Source: an uncultured Eubacteriales bacterium
Lineage (GTDB): Bacteria; Bacillota; Clostridia; Saccharofermentanales; UBA5734
NCBI GenBank assembly: GCA_903835065.1
Contig: CAILLO010000006.1
Span: 4,839-68,838 of the forward strand
Reading direction: 5' to 3'
DNA length: 64,000 nt
Shown piece by piece: positions 48,264 through 62,443 of the stretch (position 1 is its first letter; each line of letters starts with the position of its first letter). Below the pieces are notes generated by a model. It had not been told where the DNA came from. It saw nothing but the letters and a program-made list of their open reading frames with translations, and did not search any database. A program made the translations under genes and the position numbers.

Positions 48264-49295
48264 ATGCATGCGTTGATCCTGAAGGAATACGGGCGATTCT
48301 CGTACGAGGACGTGGCGGCTCCGACCGTCGGGCCCGAGGACGCGCTCGTCCGCGTGAAGGCCTGCGCGATCTGCGGCAGCGACGTCCACGGGATGGACGG
48401 CAGCACCGGCCGGCGGATCCCGCCGGTCGTGATGGGGCACGAGGCCGCCGGAATCGTCGAGGCCGTCGGCGCCGCCGTGACGGAGTACGCGCCCGGCGAC
48501 CGCGTGACGTTCGACTCGACGGTCTCCTGCGGCCGCTGCGCCTACTGCCGACAGGGCGACGTCAACCTCTGCGACGACCGCCGGGTCCTCGGCGTCTCCT
48601 GCGCCGAATACCGCTACGACGGCGCCTTCGCCGAGTACGTCGCGGTCCCGGCCCGCATCCTGTACCGCCTCCCCGACGCCCTCTCCTTCGAGCGGGCCGC
48701 CCTGGTCGAGCCCCTCTCCGTCGCCCTGCACGCCGTGCGCAGGTCGCGCGTCCGCCCCGGCGAGTCCGCCGTCGTCGTCGGCGCCGGCCTGATCGGCCTG
48801 CTGGTCGTCCAGTGCCTGCGTGCCGCCGGCTGCCGTCCGATCGTCGCGGTCGACCCCGTGCAGGGCCGGCTCGACCTCGCCGTCCGCTTCGGCGCCGACC
48901 TCGCCCTGCAGCCCGACGCCGCCGACGTCGCGGCCGCCGTGCGCGACGCGACGGGCGGACGCGGCGCCGACGCCGCCTTCGAGTGCGTCGGACTGACGCC
49001 GACGATCGGCAGCGCCGTCTCCGTCCTGCGCAAGGGCGGCACGCTGGCGCTCGTCGGCAACGTCAGCCCTCACGTCGAACTGCCGCTGCAGGCCGTCGTG
49101 ACCCGCGAGCTGAACCTCATCGGCTCGTGCGCCTCCGCCGGCGAATACCCGGCCTGCCTCGACCTCCTCGCCGCGGGGCAGGTCGACGTCGACCCCCTGG
49201 TCAGCGCCGTCGTGCCGCTCGCGGAGGGCGACGCCTGGTTCCAGCGGCTGCACCGCGCCGAGCCCGGCCTGCTGAAGGTGGTGCTCGTCCCGTGA
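48264..49295 (+). CDS. Zinc-dependent alcohol/polyol dehydrogenase (MDR family, sorbitol/threonine DH-like)
   Basis: GHEAAG catalytic-zinc motif, structural-zinc CGRCAYC and a Rossmann GAGLIG. Start at MHALIL after a GGGAGG RBS. Confidence 0.85.
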   Translation: MHALILKEYGRFSYEDVAAPTVGPEDALVRVKACAICGSDVHGMDGSTGRRIPPVVMGHEAAGIVEAVGAAVTEYAPGDRVTFDSTVSCGRCAYCRQGDVNLCDDRRVLGVSCAEYRYDGAFAEYVAVPARILYRLPDALSFERAALVEPLSVALHAVRRSRVRPGESAVVVGAGLIGLLVVQCLRAAGCRPIVAVDPVQGRLDLAVRFGADLALQPDAADVAAAVRDATGGRGADAAFECVGLTPTIGSAVSVLRKGGTLALVGNVSPHVELPLQAVVTRELNLIGSCASAGEYPACLDLLAAGQVDVDPLVSAVVPLAEGDAWFQRLHRAEPGLLKVVLVP

Positions 49296-50398
49296 GCGGC
49301 GGGCGCTCCGCACGGCGCGTCCGGACCGGTCTGATCGGCTGCGGCAAGGTCGGCCGCATCCACGCCGGGGTCCTGCAGGACCTTCCCGGCTCGGAGTTCG
49401 CCGGCTGCGTCGGGCGCGACCCGGACCGCACCGCGGCGTTCGCGCGCGAGTTCGGCGTCCCCGCCTTCGCGACCGTCGAGGAGATGGCCTGGAGCGGCGT
49501 CGAGGCCGTCGTCGTCTGCACGCCCCACCCCCTCCACGCCGAGTCCGCCGTGCGCGCCGCGAACGCCGGGATGCACGTGCTCGTCGAAAAGCCGCTCGCC
49601 GCCTCGCTCGCCGACTGCGACCGGATGCTGGCCTCCGCGGAGGCGAACCGCGTCGTCCTGTCGACCGTCTCCCAGCGCCGCTTCTTCGAACCGTGCCTGC
49701 GGATCCGCAGGGCCATCGACGACGGGAAGGTCGGGACGCCGGTCCTCGGCACCGTGACCATGCTCGGCTGCCGCAAGGAGGCCTATTACCGCAGCGACCC
49801 CTGGCGCGGCTCCTGGAGCGGAGAAGGCGGTGGCGTCCTCGTCAACCAGGCACCCCACCAGCTGGACCTGCTGCTCTGGTACATGGGGCCCGTCGAGGAG
49901 GTCTATGGCGCCTGGGCCAACCTCAACCACCCCTATATCGAGGTGGACGACACCGCGACCGCCGTCGTCCGCTTCCGCAGCGGCGCGCTCGGCACGATCC
50001 TCGTGACCAACTCGCTCGACCCCGCCCTCTATGGAAAGGTCCACGTCCACGGCTCCAACGGCGCGACGGTCGGCGTCCAGACCGACGGAGGCGCCATGTT
50101 CATCGCCGGCATGTCGAAGATCGAGGAACCGCCGCTGAACGACCTCTGGACCGTGAATGGCGAGGAGTCACGGCTGGAGGCCTTCCGCGAGGAGGATGCC
50201 GCCTTCTTCCGGACCATCGACCCGATCCGCCACTACGTCGAACGGCAGGACGCCGATTTCCTGCGCGCCGTCGCCCTCGGCACGCCGCCGCTGGTCGACG
50301 GCCGGGCCGGACGCGCCACGGTCGAGCTGTTCACGGCGATCTACCGCTCGAATCGCGACCGGCTGCCGGTCCGGTTCCCCCTCGCGCCCGAGGGCTGA
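49292..50398 (+). CDS. Gfo/Idh/MocA family oxidoreductase
   Basis: RTGLIGCGKVGRIH Rossmann motif and an EKP motif. GTGA overlap with the ADH stop. Confidence 0.8.
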   Translation: MSGGRSARRVRTGLIGCGKVGRIHAGVLQDLPGSEFAGCVGRDPDRTAAFAREFGVPAFATVEEMAWSGVEAVVVCTPHPLHAESAVRAANAGMHVLVEKPLAASLADCDRMLASAEANRVVLSTVSQRRFFEPCLRIRRAIDDGKVGTPVLGTVTMLGCRKEAYYRSDPWRGSWSGEGGGVLVNQAPHQLDLLLWYMGPVEEVYGAWANLNHPYIEVDDTATAVVRFRSGALGTILVTNSLDPALYGKVHVHGSNGATVGVQTDGGAMFIAGMSKIEEPPLNDLWTVNGEESRLEAFREEDAAFFRTIDPIRHYVERQDADFLRAVALGTPPLVDGRAGRATVELFTAIYRSNRDRLPVRFPLAPEG

Positions 50399-50561
50399 CG
50401 CCGCGGAGCCGGCCCCTTTGGGAAAGGCGCACCGCGCTCCTTGTGCATGTGCCCAAATCGTGCGGTCAAGGGCGATTCCCGAGTTCCATGACACAGTTCG
50501 TACATAATCCGGTGCTATGATGAGATATCAAACTACTTGAAGAAATCAGAGGAGGACCCCG

Positions 50562-52121
50562 ATGAGCCCCAACGACAAGAAGACGACCCGCAACCGCCGC
50601 CGCCGCTGGCCGTGGCTTTTCCTGCTCTTGCTGCCGATTCTCGTGCTGGGCATGATGTTCGGCACGGCGCGCTCCGCGGCGATCGCCGCGCGCGACAACC
50701 ACACGACGGTCCTGCCCACGGTCGGCGCGATCGCCGTGACCGTCTACGGCAGCGGCTCGATCGACGCCGGCAAGGCCGACCCGGTCTATGCGCCGGCGAC
50801 GGGACGCGTCGAGACGCTGAACGTCGCGGTGGGCGATTCCGTGAAGCAGGGCGACGTGCTCGCCGTCCTGTCGAGCGACGCCCTCGATGCCCGGATCACC
50901 CAGTACGAGACCTCGATCAAGCAACTCGACGCGCAGATCGCAGCGATGCCGTTCACGGCCGGTTCCGCCACGATCGCGGCGCCGGTCGCCGGTCGCATCC
51001 TGTCGGTCTTCGCGGCGGCTGGCGACCCGGTCGCCGGCGTCATGGACCAATATGACGCCCTGCTCGTCCTGTCGGGCGACGGCAGGATGAAGGTCGTGCT
51101 GACGGGCGCGAACGACCTCAAGGCGGGCGAAACCGTCCGCGTGACCGATGGGTCCGTCACGGCGGACGCCACGGTCATGGAGAAGACGGCCGCGTCGACC
51201 GTCGTGACGTTTTCGGATTCCGGCTTCTCGGGCGGCAGCCCCATGGACAAGACGACGCAGATCACCGTCTCCACGACCGGCGGAACGGCCGTCGGTACCG
51301 GAGCCCTCGAGATCGACGCCCCCGTCTATGTGACCGCGTCCTCCGGCATCATCAAGTCGGTGGCCCACGCCGCCGGCACCAAGGTCACAAAGGGCGAGAC
51401 GCTGTTCACGCTCAAGGAGGCCGGCTACTCGGCCGCCTACCTCGACCTGGTCGACCAGCGCACGACCGCGCTCTCCGACCTGCAGGCCGCCCGCGCCCAG
51501 AAGGTCGCGCTCACGCTCACCGCACCGGCCGACGGCATCGTCCAGACGATGAACGTCACCCTCAAGGGCCAGGTCGTCGAGAACCAGCTGGTCGTCCAGG
51601 TCGGCGAGACCGGCAGCTTCGTCATGCAGGTGATGGTCGACGAGCTCGACATCGCCGGCGTCCAGATCGGCCAGACGGCCACGATCACCCTCTCCGCCTT
51701 CTCCTACAAGTCCTTCCCGGCCACGGTCGAGGAGATCTCCTCGGTCGGAAAGACGACCGGGGGCGTGACGACCTATCCCGTGACCCTGCGCATCACCGCC
51801 GCGACGGGCATGAAGATCGGCATGAGCGCCAACGCCGACATCCTGGTCGCCCAGAAGACCGACGCGCTCACGATCCCGCTGAAGGCCCTCAAGGTCGACG
51901 GCACGCGCACCTACGTGACGGTCGTCAAGAACAACGGCACGCGCCAGGTCACGACCGAGCAGCGCGACGTCACGGTCGGCCTCACGAACGGCAACCTGGT
52001 CGAGATCCTGACGGGCCTCGCCACGACGGACGAGGTCCAGCTGGTCGACAACACGGCCTCGGGCATCGCCGGCTTCTTCGGACGCGCCCGCTCGACGACC
52101 GCTCCGACCGCGGGGGCATGA
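50562..52121 (+). CDS. macA: HlyD/MacA-type periplasmic adaptor (membrane fusion protein)
   Basis: N-terminal TM anchor. Biotinyl-lipoyl-like and beta-barrel segments typical of MFPs. Followed by MacB-type ABC genes. Confidence 0.8.
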   Translation: MSPNDKKTTRNRRRRWPWLFLLLLPILVLGMMFGTARSAAIAARDNHTTVLPTVGAIAVTVYGSGSIDAGKADPVYAPATGRVETLNVAVGDSVKQGDVLAVLSSDALDARITQYETSIKQLDAQIAAMPFTAGSATIAAPVAGRILSVFAAAGDPVAGVMDQYDALLVLSGDGRMKVVLTGANDLKAGETVRVTDGSVTADATVMEKTAASTVVTFSDSGFSGGSPMDKTTQITVSTTGGTAVGTGALEIDAPVYVTASSGIIKSVAHAAGTKVTKGETLFTLKEAGYSAAYLDLVDQRTTALSDLQAARAQKVALTLTAPADGIVQTMNVTLKGQVVENQLVVQVGETGSFVMQVMVDELDIAGVQIGQTATITLSAFSYKSFPATVEEISSVGKTTGGVTTYPVTLRITAATGMKIGMSANADILVAQKTDALTIPLKALKVDGTRTYVTVVKNNGTRQVTTEQRDVTVGLTNGNLVEILTGLATTDEVQLVDNTASGIAGFFGRARSTTAPTAGA

Positions 52122-52128
52122 CCGTCCA

Positions 52129-52811
<683 letters not shown>

Positions 52812-52815
<4 letters not shown>

Positions 52816-53981
52816 TGCTGTCGCAGTCCATCCGGATGGCCTTCAAGGCCATCGGCGCCAACAAGTCCCGCTCCTTCCTCACCATGCTCGGCATCATAAT
52901 CGGCGTGCTCGCCGTCTCCACGCTGATCTCGGTCGTCCAGGGCGCCACGGGCAGCATCACTTCGCAACTCCAGGGCCTCGGCAGCAACATGCTGATGGTG
53001 AACTTCCGCAACTCGGGCAACGTCGAAATCACCCAGAGCGACCTCCAGTCGCTCGTCTCGCCCTCGACCGGCATCTCCGCCGTGTCGCCGACCGTGACCA
53101 GCCAGGGCACGGTGCGCTCCGCCGGCAAGTCGATGACCGCGACGGTCACCGGCGTGAACAAGGACTACTTCGGCATCCGCAGCCTCACCGTGACGACGGG
53201 CCGGTCGCTCCAGGCGGCCGACGACCTCTACCGCACGCCCGTGGCCGTGATCGGCACCGGCGTCGCCGACACCCTCTTCGGGCAGCGGAACGTGGTCGGC
53301 AGCACGATCGTCGTGATGGGCCGCGAGATGACCATCGTCGGCCTGCTCAAGGAAGAGGGCACGTCGCAGTTCAACACCAACGACAACACGATCTTCATTC
53401 CCTACCAGACCGCGCAGCGGCTGCTCAAGAACACCTACTTGTCCAGTTTCTACGTCGCGAGCGCCTCTTCGGACACGGTCGCGCTGGCCAAGACCTCGGT
53501 CGAGGCCTTCCTCGACGAGCGCGTCCACAGTTCGGACAACTACAGCATCTTCAGCATGAACGACATCCTCAGCGCCCTCGGCTCGGTGACGAGCCTGCTG
53601 TCGCTGCTGCTCGGCGGCATCGCCGGCATCTCGCTGCTCGTCGGCGGCATCGGCATCATGAACATCATGCTGGTGTCGGTGACAGAGCGCACGCGCGAGA
53701 TCGGCATCCGCAAGGCCATCGGCGCCAAGCGCCGCAGCATCCTCAGCCAGTTCATGATCGAGGCGCTGGTGATCTCCCTCGTCGGTGGCCTCATAGGACT
53801 CGGCATCAGCTGGCTCGGGGTCACGATCATCGGGAGCCTCATGGGCATCTCGATCGGCATCACCTTCGGCGTCGCCTCGCTATCGCTGGGTTTCTCCGCG
53901 GGCGTCGGCCTCGTGTTCGGCATCTACCCGGCCGCCAAGGCCTCCAAGCTCGCCCCGATCGACGCGCTGCGGTACGAATAG
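52812..53981 (+). CDS. ABC transporter permease, FtsX/MacB family
   Basis: MacB_PCD-type periplasmic domain between TM1 and TM2, and a C-terminal FtsX 3-TM bundle. Overlaps the ATPase stop. Confidence 0.85.
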
Positions 53982-54052
53982 GAAGCGTCGGGCCAAAACG
54001 GGGAAAACGGGTCATCCTCGGTAGGGGATGCACGCACGCCAGAGGACCCGGA

Positions 54053-54092
54053 TTCGGAAAGGGAGCCCCCCGCGGCTCCCTTTCCTTTCGCA
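54053..54092 (+). terminator. Rho-independent terminator after the efflux operon (GGAAAGGGAGCC-cccgc-GGCTCCCTTTCC + T-rich)
   Basis: Perfect 12-bp inverted repeat with a 5-6 nt loop, followed by TTTCGC. Confidence 0.7.
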
Positions 54093-54190
54093 TGGATTCC
54101 GTTGCAAGGACGATTGACGGACTCGGGCGCGATTGATACCGTGAAGGCAGGTCACGGCATGCGGAAGCAAACCGAAAGGAGAAGACGAAG

Positions 54191-54952
54191 ATGAAGATCG
54201 TCTCCCGGATCGCGCTCGCACTCGTTCTCGTCGCGTCCCTCTCTCTGGTCGCCGCCGGCTGCTCGAACCCGGGGGGAGGCGATTGGACCGGGAAGATCAC
54301 GGACCTCTCGAGGACGTACCTCTACAAAGGGTACGCGTTCAATCTGTACCGCTCCGCGTCGGAAGTCGGCACCGATGCCGCCTCGCTGGGCAAATCCTAC
54401 ATCGACATGGCCTTCTCGGTCCTGCCGGAATATACGTCGACAAACGACTACGACCCGTCCGCCGGATACAACGTCAAGAAGTTCTCGATCGGGAACGTCC
54501 ATGTCGTGTCGTCCTCGAAGATGGGCACGGTCGGGAGCCTCTCGGTCTGGAAACCCGGTACGGTCGACCCGAGCGGCCCCCGCGTCGACCTGGTGGGATC
54601 CTTGGATCGTGCGGATTTCGCCGTCTCCCCGGCCGATTCGTCCGGTCGCCAGACCGTCCTGTACCTGGAACTCGACAAGGTCGCGCAATATGACCTCGCG
54701 AAATCGCCCGCCGCCGCGAACGGCGCGAGCCCCACCATGGAGCAGATCTACCGGGAACTCGGCATCGACCGGTCCGCCGTCACCCTGAAGCTCGCCTTCC
54801 GCATCGAGCTCGTCACGGTATCCGGAAAGACGCTGTTCCATGACGTGGAGATCGAGCTGCCGCCTTCGAACGTCGACGTCACGGGGCCCGAATTCCACTA
54901 CGAGTATTTCGTGGCCGAAGTCACCGCCATGGAACCCTTCCTCGAAAAATAG
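54191..54952 (+). CDS. Lipoprotein (hypothetical), 15 bp upstream of the FTR1 permease
   Basis: Signal peptide plus lipobox VAAGCS. 253 aa. GGAGAAG RBS. No recognised family. Confidence 0.55.
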   Translation: MKIVSRIALALVLVASLSLVAAGCSNPGGGDWTGKITDLSRTYLYKGYAFNLYRSASEVGTDAASLGKSYIDMAFSVLPEYTSTNDYDPSAGYNVKKFSIGNVHVVSSSKMGTVGSLSVWKPGTVDPSGPRVDLVGSLDRADFAVSPADSSGRQTVLYLELDKVAQYDLAKSPAAANGASPTMEQIYRELGIDRSAVTLKLAFRIELVTVSGKTLFHDVEIELPPSNVDVTGPEFHYEYFVAEVTAMEPFLEK

Positions 54953-54967
54953 AAGGAGAGACCCGCC

Positions 54968-55825
54968 ATGCTGATCCGGATCTCCGGCCTCGTCCTCGGC
55001 TTCCGGGAAGCCCTGGAGGCCTTTCTCGTGCTCGCCGTCCTCCTTCGTTCCCTCGAGCGCAGCGGACGCCCCGGTCGCCGTCTTCCGCTCTGGCTCGGCG
55101 CCGGGTTCGGCATCGCCGCCTCGGTCGCCCTCGGCTTCGGCCTCGATCAGGCCGAGAAGACGTTCGGAGGCGCCGAAGCCTATACCGCGAGCTGGGCGCT
55201 CGTCTCGAACCTGCTCGCGCTCGCCCTGATCACCCTGTTCCTGGTCTGGATGACCCGACAGGGCGGGGACCTGGCCACGTCCGCACACCGACGCCTCGCC
55301 GCCGCCCCCACGCCGTTCGGCATCCTGACGCTCGCGTTCTTCATCGTCGGCCGCGAGGGCGCCGAAGTCTCCCTGTTCGCCTTCGCCGGCGCCTACCCGG
55401 CGCTGTCGATCGCACTCGGCGTCGCCGTCGCCCTGGCGCTCGCCCTGCTGATCCAGCGGTCCCTGGTCCGGATCGACCTGAAGACGGTCTTCCGCGCGAC
55501 GCTCGTGTACCTGGTCCTGCAGGCGGGCTATCTCGCCGGCTCCGGCGCGCACGAGGCGCTGTCGCTGGCCGCCGCGACGGGCGCGATTCCGGACGCCTCC
55601 TTCCTGCTCGCGAAACTCTACGACCTCTCCGGCACCGTGCTCGACCGCGAGACGGGTCCCGTCGGCGTCGTGCTGAACATCCTCGCGGGATGGAACTCGG
55701 ACCCCGAGTGGCCCGCCTTCGTCCTCCAGTACCTGTACACCGCCGCGCTGCTCGTCTTCTGGAGCCGCTCGCTGCGGCCCGCCGCGCCGGCCGCGCCGCC
55801 GCCCGCGACGCACGACGCTCCGTGA
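54968..55825 (+). CDS. FTR1/EfeU family high-affinity iron permease
   Basis: Two RExxE motifs (FREALEAF in TM1, GREGAEVS in TM4). About 7 TM segments. 285 aa. Confidence 0.75.
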   Translation: MLIRISGLVLGFREALEAFLVLAVLLRSLERSGRPGRRLPLWLGAGFGIAASVALGFGLDQAEKTFGGAEAYTASWALVSNLLALALITLFLVWMTRQGGDLATSAHRRLAAAPTPFGILTLAFFIVGREGAEVSLFAFAGAYPALSIALGVAVALALALLIQRSLVRIDLKTVFRATLVYLVLQAGYLAGSGAHEALSLAAATGAIPDASFLLAKLYDLSGTVLDRETGPVGVVLNILAGWNSDPEWPAFVLQYLYTAALLVFWSRSLRPAAPAAPPPATHDAP

Positions 55826-57174
55826 CGCCCTCGCGCGCCCCCGTCCCCGCACCTCCGCGCGTCGGCTACGCCTGCATCGCGCTCGCCGTGCCCGGCGCGG
55901 CGCTGTCGGCCTGCTCGCTCGCGTCGGCCGCCGCGCACCCCGGCCGTCCCGTCGAGGTCGCGCTCGCGAACCTCGACGCCGTCGAGGCGATGGTCGCCTA
56001 CAACGCGCGCGTCGGCATCCGCCTCTACCGCCTCTCCTCCGACCTCGTCCCCCTCGCGACGCACCCCTCCCGGCCGGTCGACCTCGCGGCCGCGCTCGCC
56101 GGACCGCTCGCCCCGGCCCTCTCGCGCATCGGCGCGGCGCTTCGGGAGTCGTCCCAGCGCGTGTCCATGCACCCCGGCCAGTACACCGTCCTCAACACGC
56201 CCTCGCCGGACGTGCTCGAGCGCTCCGTCGACGAACTCCGCTACCACGCCGCGCTGCTCGACGCCCTCGGCGCCGGCTGCGAGGCGCGCCTGGTCCTCCA
56301 CGTCGGCGGCGGCTACGGAGACCGGACGGCCGCGAAGGAGCGCTTCGTCCGCAGCGTCCGCATGCTGCCGGAGAACGTCCGCTGCCGCCTGTCGGTCGAG
56401 AACGACGACCGGATCTTCACGCCGGCCGACGCGCTCGAAGTGGCGACCGCACTGTCGATCCCCGCCGTCTACGACAACCTGCACGCGGCGCAAAATCCCG
56501 GCGGCGAAGGCGGCGACGACGCCCTCTGGACCGCGCGCTTCGCCGCGACCTGGAAGCCGGGGGACGGCCCGCAGAAGGTCCACTACTCCCAGCAGGCGCC
56601 CGACCGCCGCGGCGGCTCGCACTCCGACTCGATCCTCGCCGTGCCCTTCCTCGCGCACCTCGCGGCCCTGCGGACGGCGCTCGGCGACGCCGCGCTGCCC
56701 GACCTCATGCTCGAGGTCAAGGACAAGAACGTCTCGGCCGTGAAGGCCGCGCTGCTCGTCGACCAGGCGTTGCGCCCCGACGCGCGCTCCGCCGTCCACC
56801 GTCTCGAGGCCGAGTGGGCCCGGGCGAAATATCGCGTGCTCGCGCGCTCCGAACGGGAGTACGACGCGATCCGGCAGCTCCTCAAGGACAAGACGCCGGC
56901 CGACCCCTTCGCGCTCGCCGCCGCCTACTACGCCCACGTCGAGGCGGCGCTCGCCCGGCCCGAGGACCCGGGCGCCGAGGTCAACGCCGCGGAACATGTC
57001 CGGGGCTACTTCAAGAAGACCGCGACGCCCGCCGACCGGCGCCGGTTCGACGCGCTGCTCGTGAACTACCGTGCCGGGCGGGCGACGGCCGCCCAGGTGC
57101 GCGCGCTGTTGTCGCGGCTGGCCGACCGGGAAGGGGAGCGCTACCTGCTGGAGTCGTACTACTTCCTGGGGTGA
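55822..57174 (+). CDS. uvsE: UV DNA damage endonuclease (UvsE/UVDE) fused to a C-terminal DUF1722 (YbgA-like) domain
   Basis: The UVDE core matches Bacillus UvsE blocks (YRLSSDLVPLATHP, SMHPGQYTVLN, LVLHVGGGYGD, LSVENDD, QKVHYS). The C-terminal roughly 140 aa carry GYFKK...YRAG... resembling DUF1722. GTGA start overlap with FTR1. Confidence 0.8.
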   Translation: MTPSRAPVPAPPRVGYACIALAVPGAALSACSLASAAAHPGRPVEVALANLDAVEAMVAYNARVGIRLYRLSSDLVPLATHPSRPVDLAAALAGPLAPALSRIGAALRESSQRVSMHPGQYTVLNTPSPDVLERSVDELRYHAALLDALGAGCEARLVLHVGGGYGDRTAAKERFVRSVRMLPENVRCRLSVENDDRIFTPADALEVATALSIPAVYDNLHAAQNPGGEGGDDALWTARFAATWKPGDGPQKVHYSQQAPDRRGGSHSDSILAVPFLAHLAALRTALGDAALPDLMLEVKDKNVSAVKAALLVDQALRPDARSAVHRLEAEWARAKYRVLARSEREYDAIRQLLKDKTPADPFALAAAYYAHVEAALARPEDPGAEVNAAEHVRGYFKKTATPADRRRFDALLVNYRAGRATAAQVRALLSRLADREGERYLLESYYFLG

Positions 57175-57293
57175 GCGGACGAGGAGCCTCGGGTCGACGA
57201 AGAAGCGCGGCTCCCGGAGGAACCGCGCTTCCGCTTCGTCGTTTCGTCGCTTCAAACGACGGCGTCCCGGAGGAACCGCCGCCTCTCGCGCCC

Positions 57294-60479
<3,186 letters not shown>

Positions 60480-60483
<4 letters not shown>

Positions 60484-62309
60484 GCGCCTTCCCCCCCTTC
60501 TCCGTCCGCCTCGGTGCCGAGCGCGCTCTGGATCTCCCAGACGCGGCGGTACAGCCCGGGCCGCGCCACGAGCTCGGCGTGCGTCCCCGACTGGGCGATC
60601 CGGCCGTGCTCGAGCACGAGGATCAGATCGGCCTCCGCCAGCGTCGAGACGCGGTGGGAGATGATGAAGGTCGTCGACTGGTGCCTGCGGGCGCCGAGCT
60701 CGGCGCGGATCTTCGAATCGGTCTCCGTGTCCACGGCCGACAGCGAGTCGTCGAACACCACGACCGGGCATTCTCGGATGATGGAGCGGGCCATCGCGAC
60801 GCGCTGCCGCTGCCCGCCCGACAGGGTCACGCCGCGCTCGCCGACCACGGTCTCGTAGCCCTGGTCGAAGGCGAGGATGTCGTCGTGGACGGCGGCCGTG
60901 CGCGCGGCCTCGTGCACCGTCGCGTCCTCCGCGTCGGGGCGCGGCAGGCGGATGTTCTCCTTCAGCGAGCGCGAGAACAGGAACGCCTCCTGCAGCACGA
61001 GCCCGACGTTCCGGCGCACGTGCGCGCGGCGGATGCTCTTCAGGTCGACGCCGTCGAGCAGGATCCGGCCGGAGGTCGGCTCGTAGAGGCGCTGCAGCAG
61101 ATGGACCAGCGTCGACTTGCCCGAGCCGGTCGGCCCCAGGATCGCGACGGTCTGCCCCTTCTGGACCGTGAACGAGACGTCCTCGAGGACGTCCTTGCCC
61201 TCTTCGTAGCGGAAGCCGACGTGCTCGAACGTCACGCCGCCGCGGATCTCCGGCTCGAGCAGCTCCTCGTCGGACGGCTCCTCGGGCTCGGTCAGGACCT
61301 CCTCGATGCGGGACAGCGAGATCTGCATCTTGCCGGCGTCCGCCAGCGTCCGCGCGAGGCCGCGCAGCGGGTAGAGCAGCATGTCGACGTACGCGATGAA
61401 GGCAAGCAGCGTGCCGAGGCTCATCCCGGCCTCCACGACGCGGTAGGTGCCGAACACGACGACGGCGCCCATCTGGACGAGGCACAGGAAGTCCGAGTAC
61501 ATCCAGAACGCCCCGACGATCTTCATGAGCTTGATGCCGAGTTCGCGAAGCGAGGAGTTCCCCTCCTCGAAGCGGGCCATCTCGTCGTCCTGCCGCGCGA
61601 ACGCCTTGACGACGCGCACTCCGGTCAGATTCTCCTGGAGCAGCGTGGACAGCCGCCCCTCCTGCTCGTCGTAGGCCTGGAACGCCGTGCGCTCCTTCCG
61701 GAAGTAGAGCAGCGACGTCACGAAGACGACCGGGGTGACGGCGACCGAGACGAGGGCCATCCCGGGGTCGAGCAGGAACATGAGGCCGGCCGAGAACAGG
61801 ACCAGCGCCAGGCAGCGGACGATCTCCAGCAGCTGGAGCGCGAGGAACTTGCGGACGGTGTCGACATCGGACGTGCAGCGCTGGACCAGGTCCCCCGTCT
61901 CCGCCTTCGCATGGTAGGAGTAGGGGAGGGCGCCGAGGTGACGGTAGAGCTTCATGCGGATCGTGCGCGCGCTGTGCTCCGACACGATCGCCATCCACTT
62001 GCCCTTGAAGAAGTCGACGCCGCCGGAGATCGAATTGACGACCACGATCGCGACGCCGCACAGCCAGAGGTTCGCGACGAAGAAGTCGCGCGACCCGAGC
62101 CCGGCATAGAAGGACTGCAGCAGGGGCGGCAGGGCGGGCGAGCCGCCGTCGATCACCGTGTCGACGACGAAGCGGAACACGAGGGGCATGATCATCGACA
62201 GCGCCGCGGAAAGCAACGTGAAGAGCACCGAGCCCACATAGGGCGCGGCGGTGCCTTCCAGGAATCCGGCCAGTCGCCGGACCGTCGTCCGAACCGTCAA
62301 TCGCTTCAT
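60480..62309 (-). CDS. ABC exporter, fused permease-ATPase (MdlA/YheI-like), first subunit
   Basis: 609 aa. TMD plus NBD (GPTGSGKST, LSGGQRQRVAMARS, FDDSLSAVD). Confidence 0.9.
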
Positions 62310-62362
62310 CGTCCCGCCATTCTACCCCAGCCCCCCGCCGGACCGCAATCCGGGCCTTCGCC

Positions 62363-62399
62363 GCTTTCGGGAAATGCTTTCGGGAAATCTTCCGGAAAT
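62363..62399. repeat. Three tandem roughly 13-bp repeats GCTTTCGGGAAAT / GCTTTCGGGAAAT / CTTCCGGAAAT in the divergent ABC-exporter / MATE promoter region
   Basis: Read directly from the sequence. Units contain the half-palindrome TTCnGGAA and sit about 45 bp upstream of the MATE ATG. Confidence 0.7.
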
Positions 62400-62443
62400 C
62401 CCATCTCGTCAAATCCGGGTCCAAGGCGTATCATGTCGAAAGC

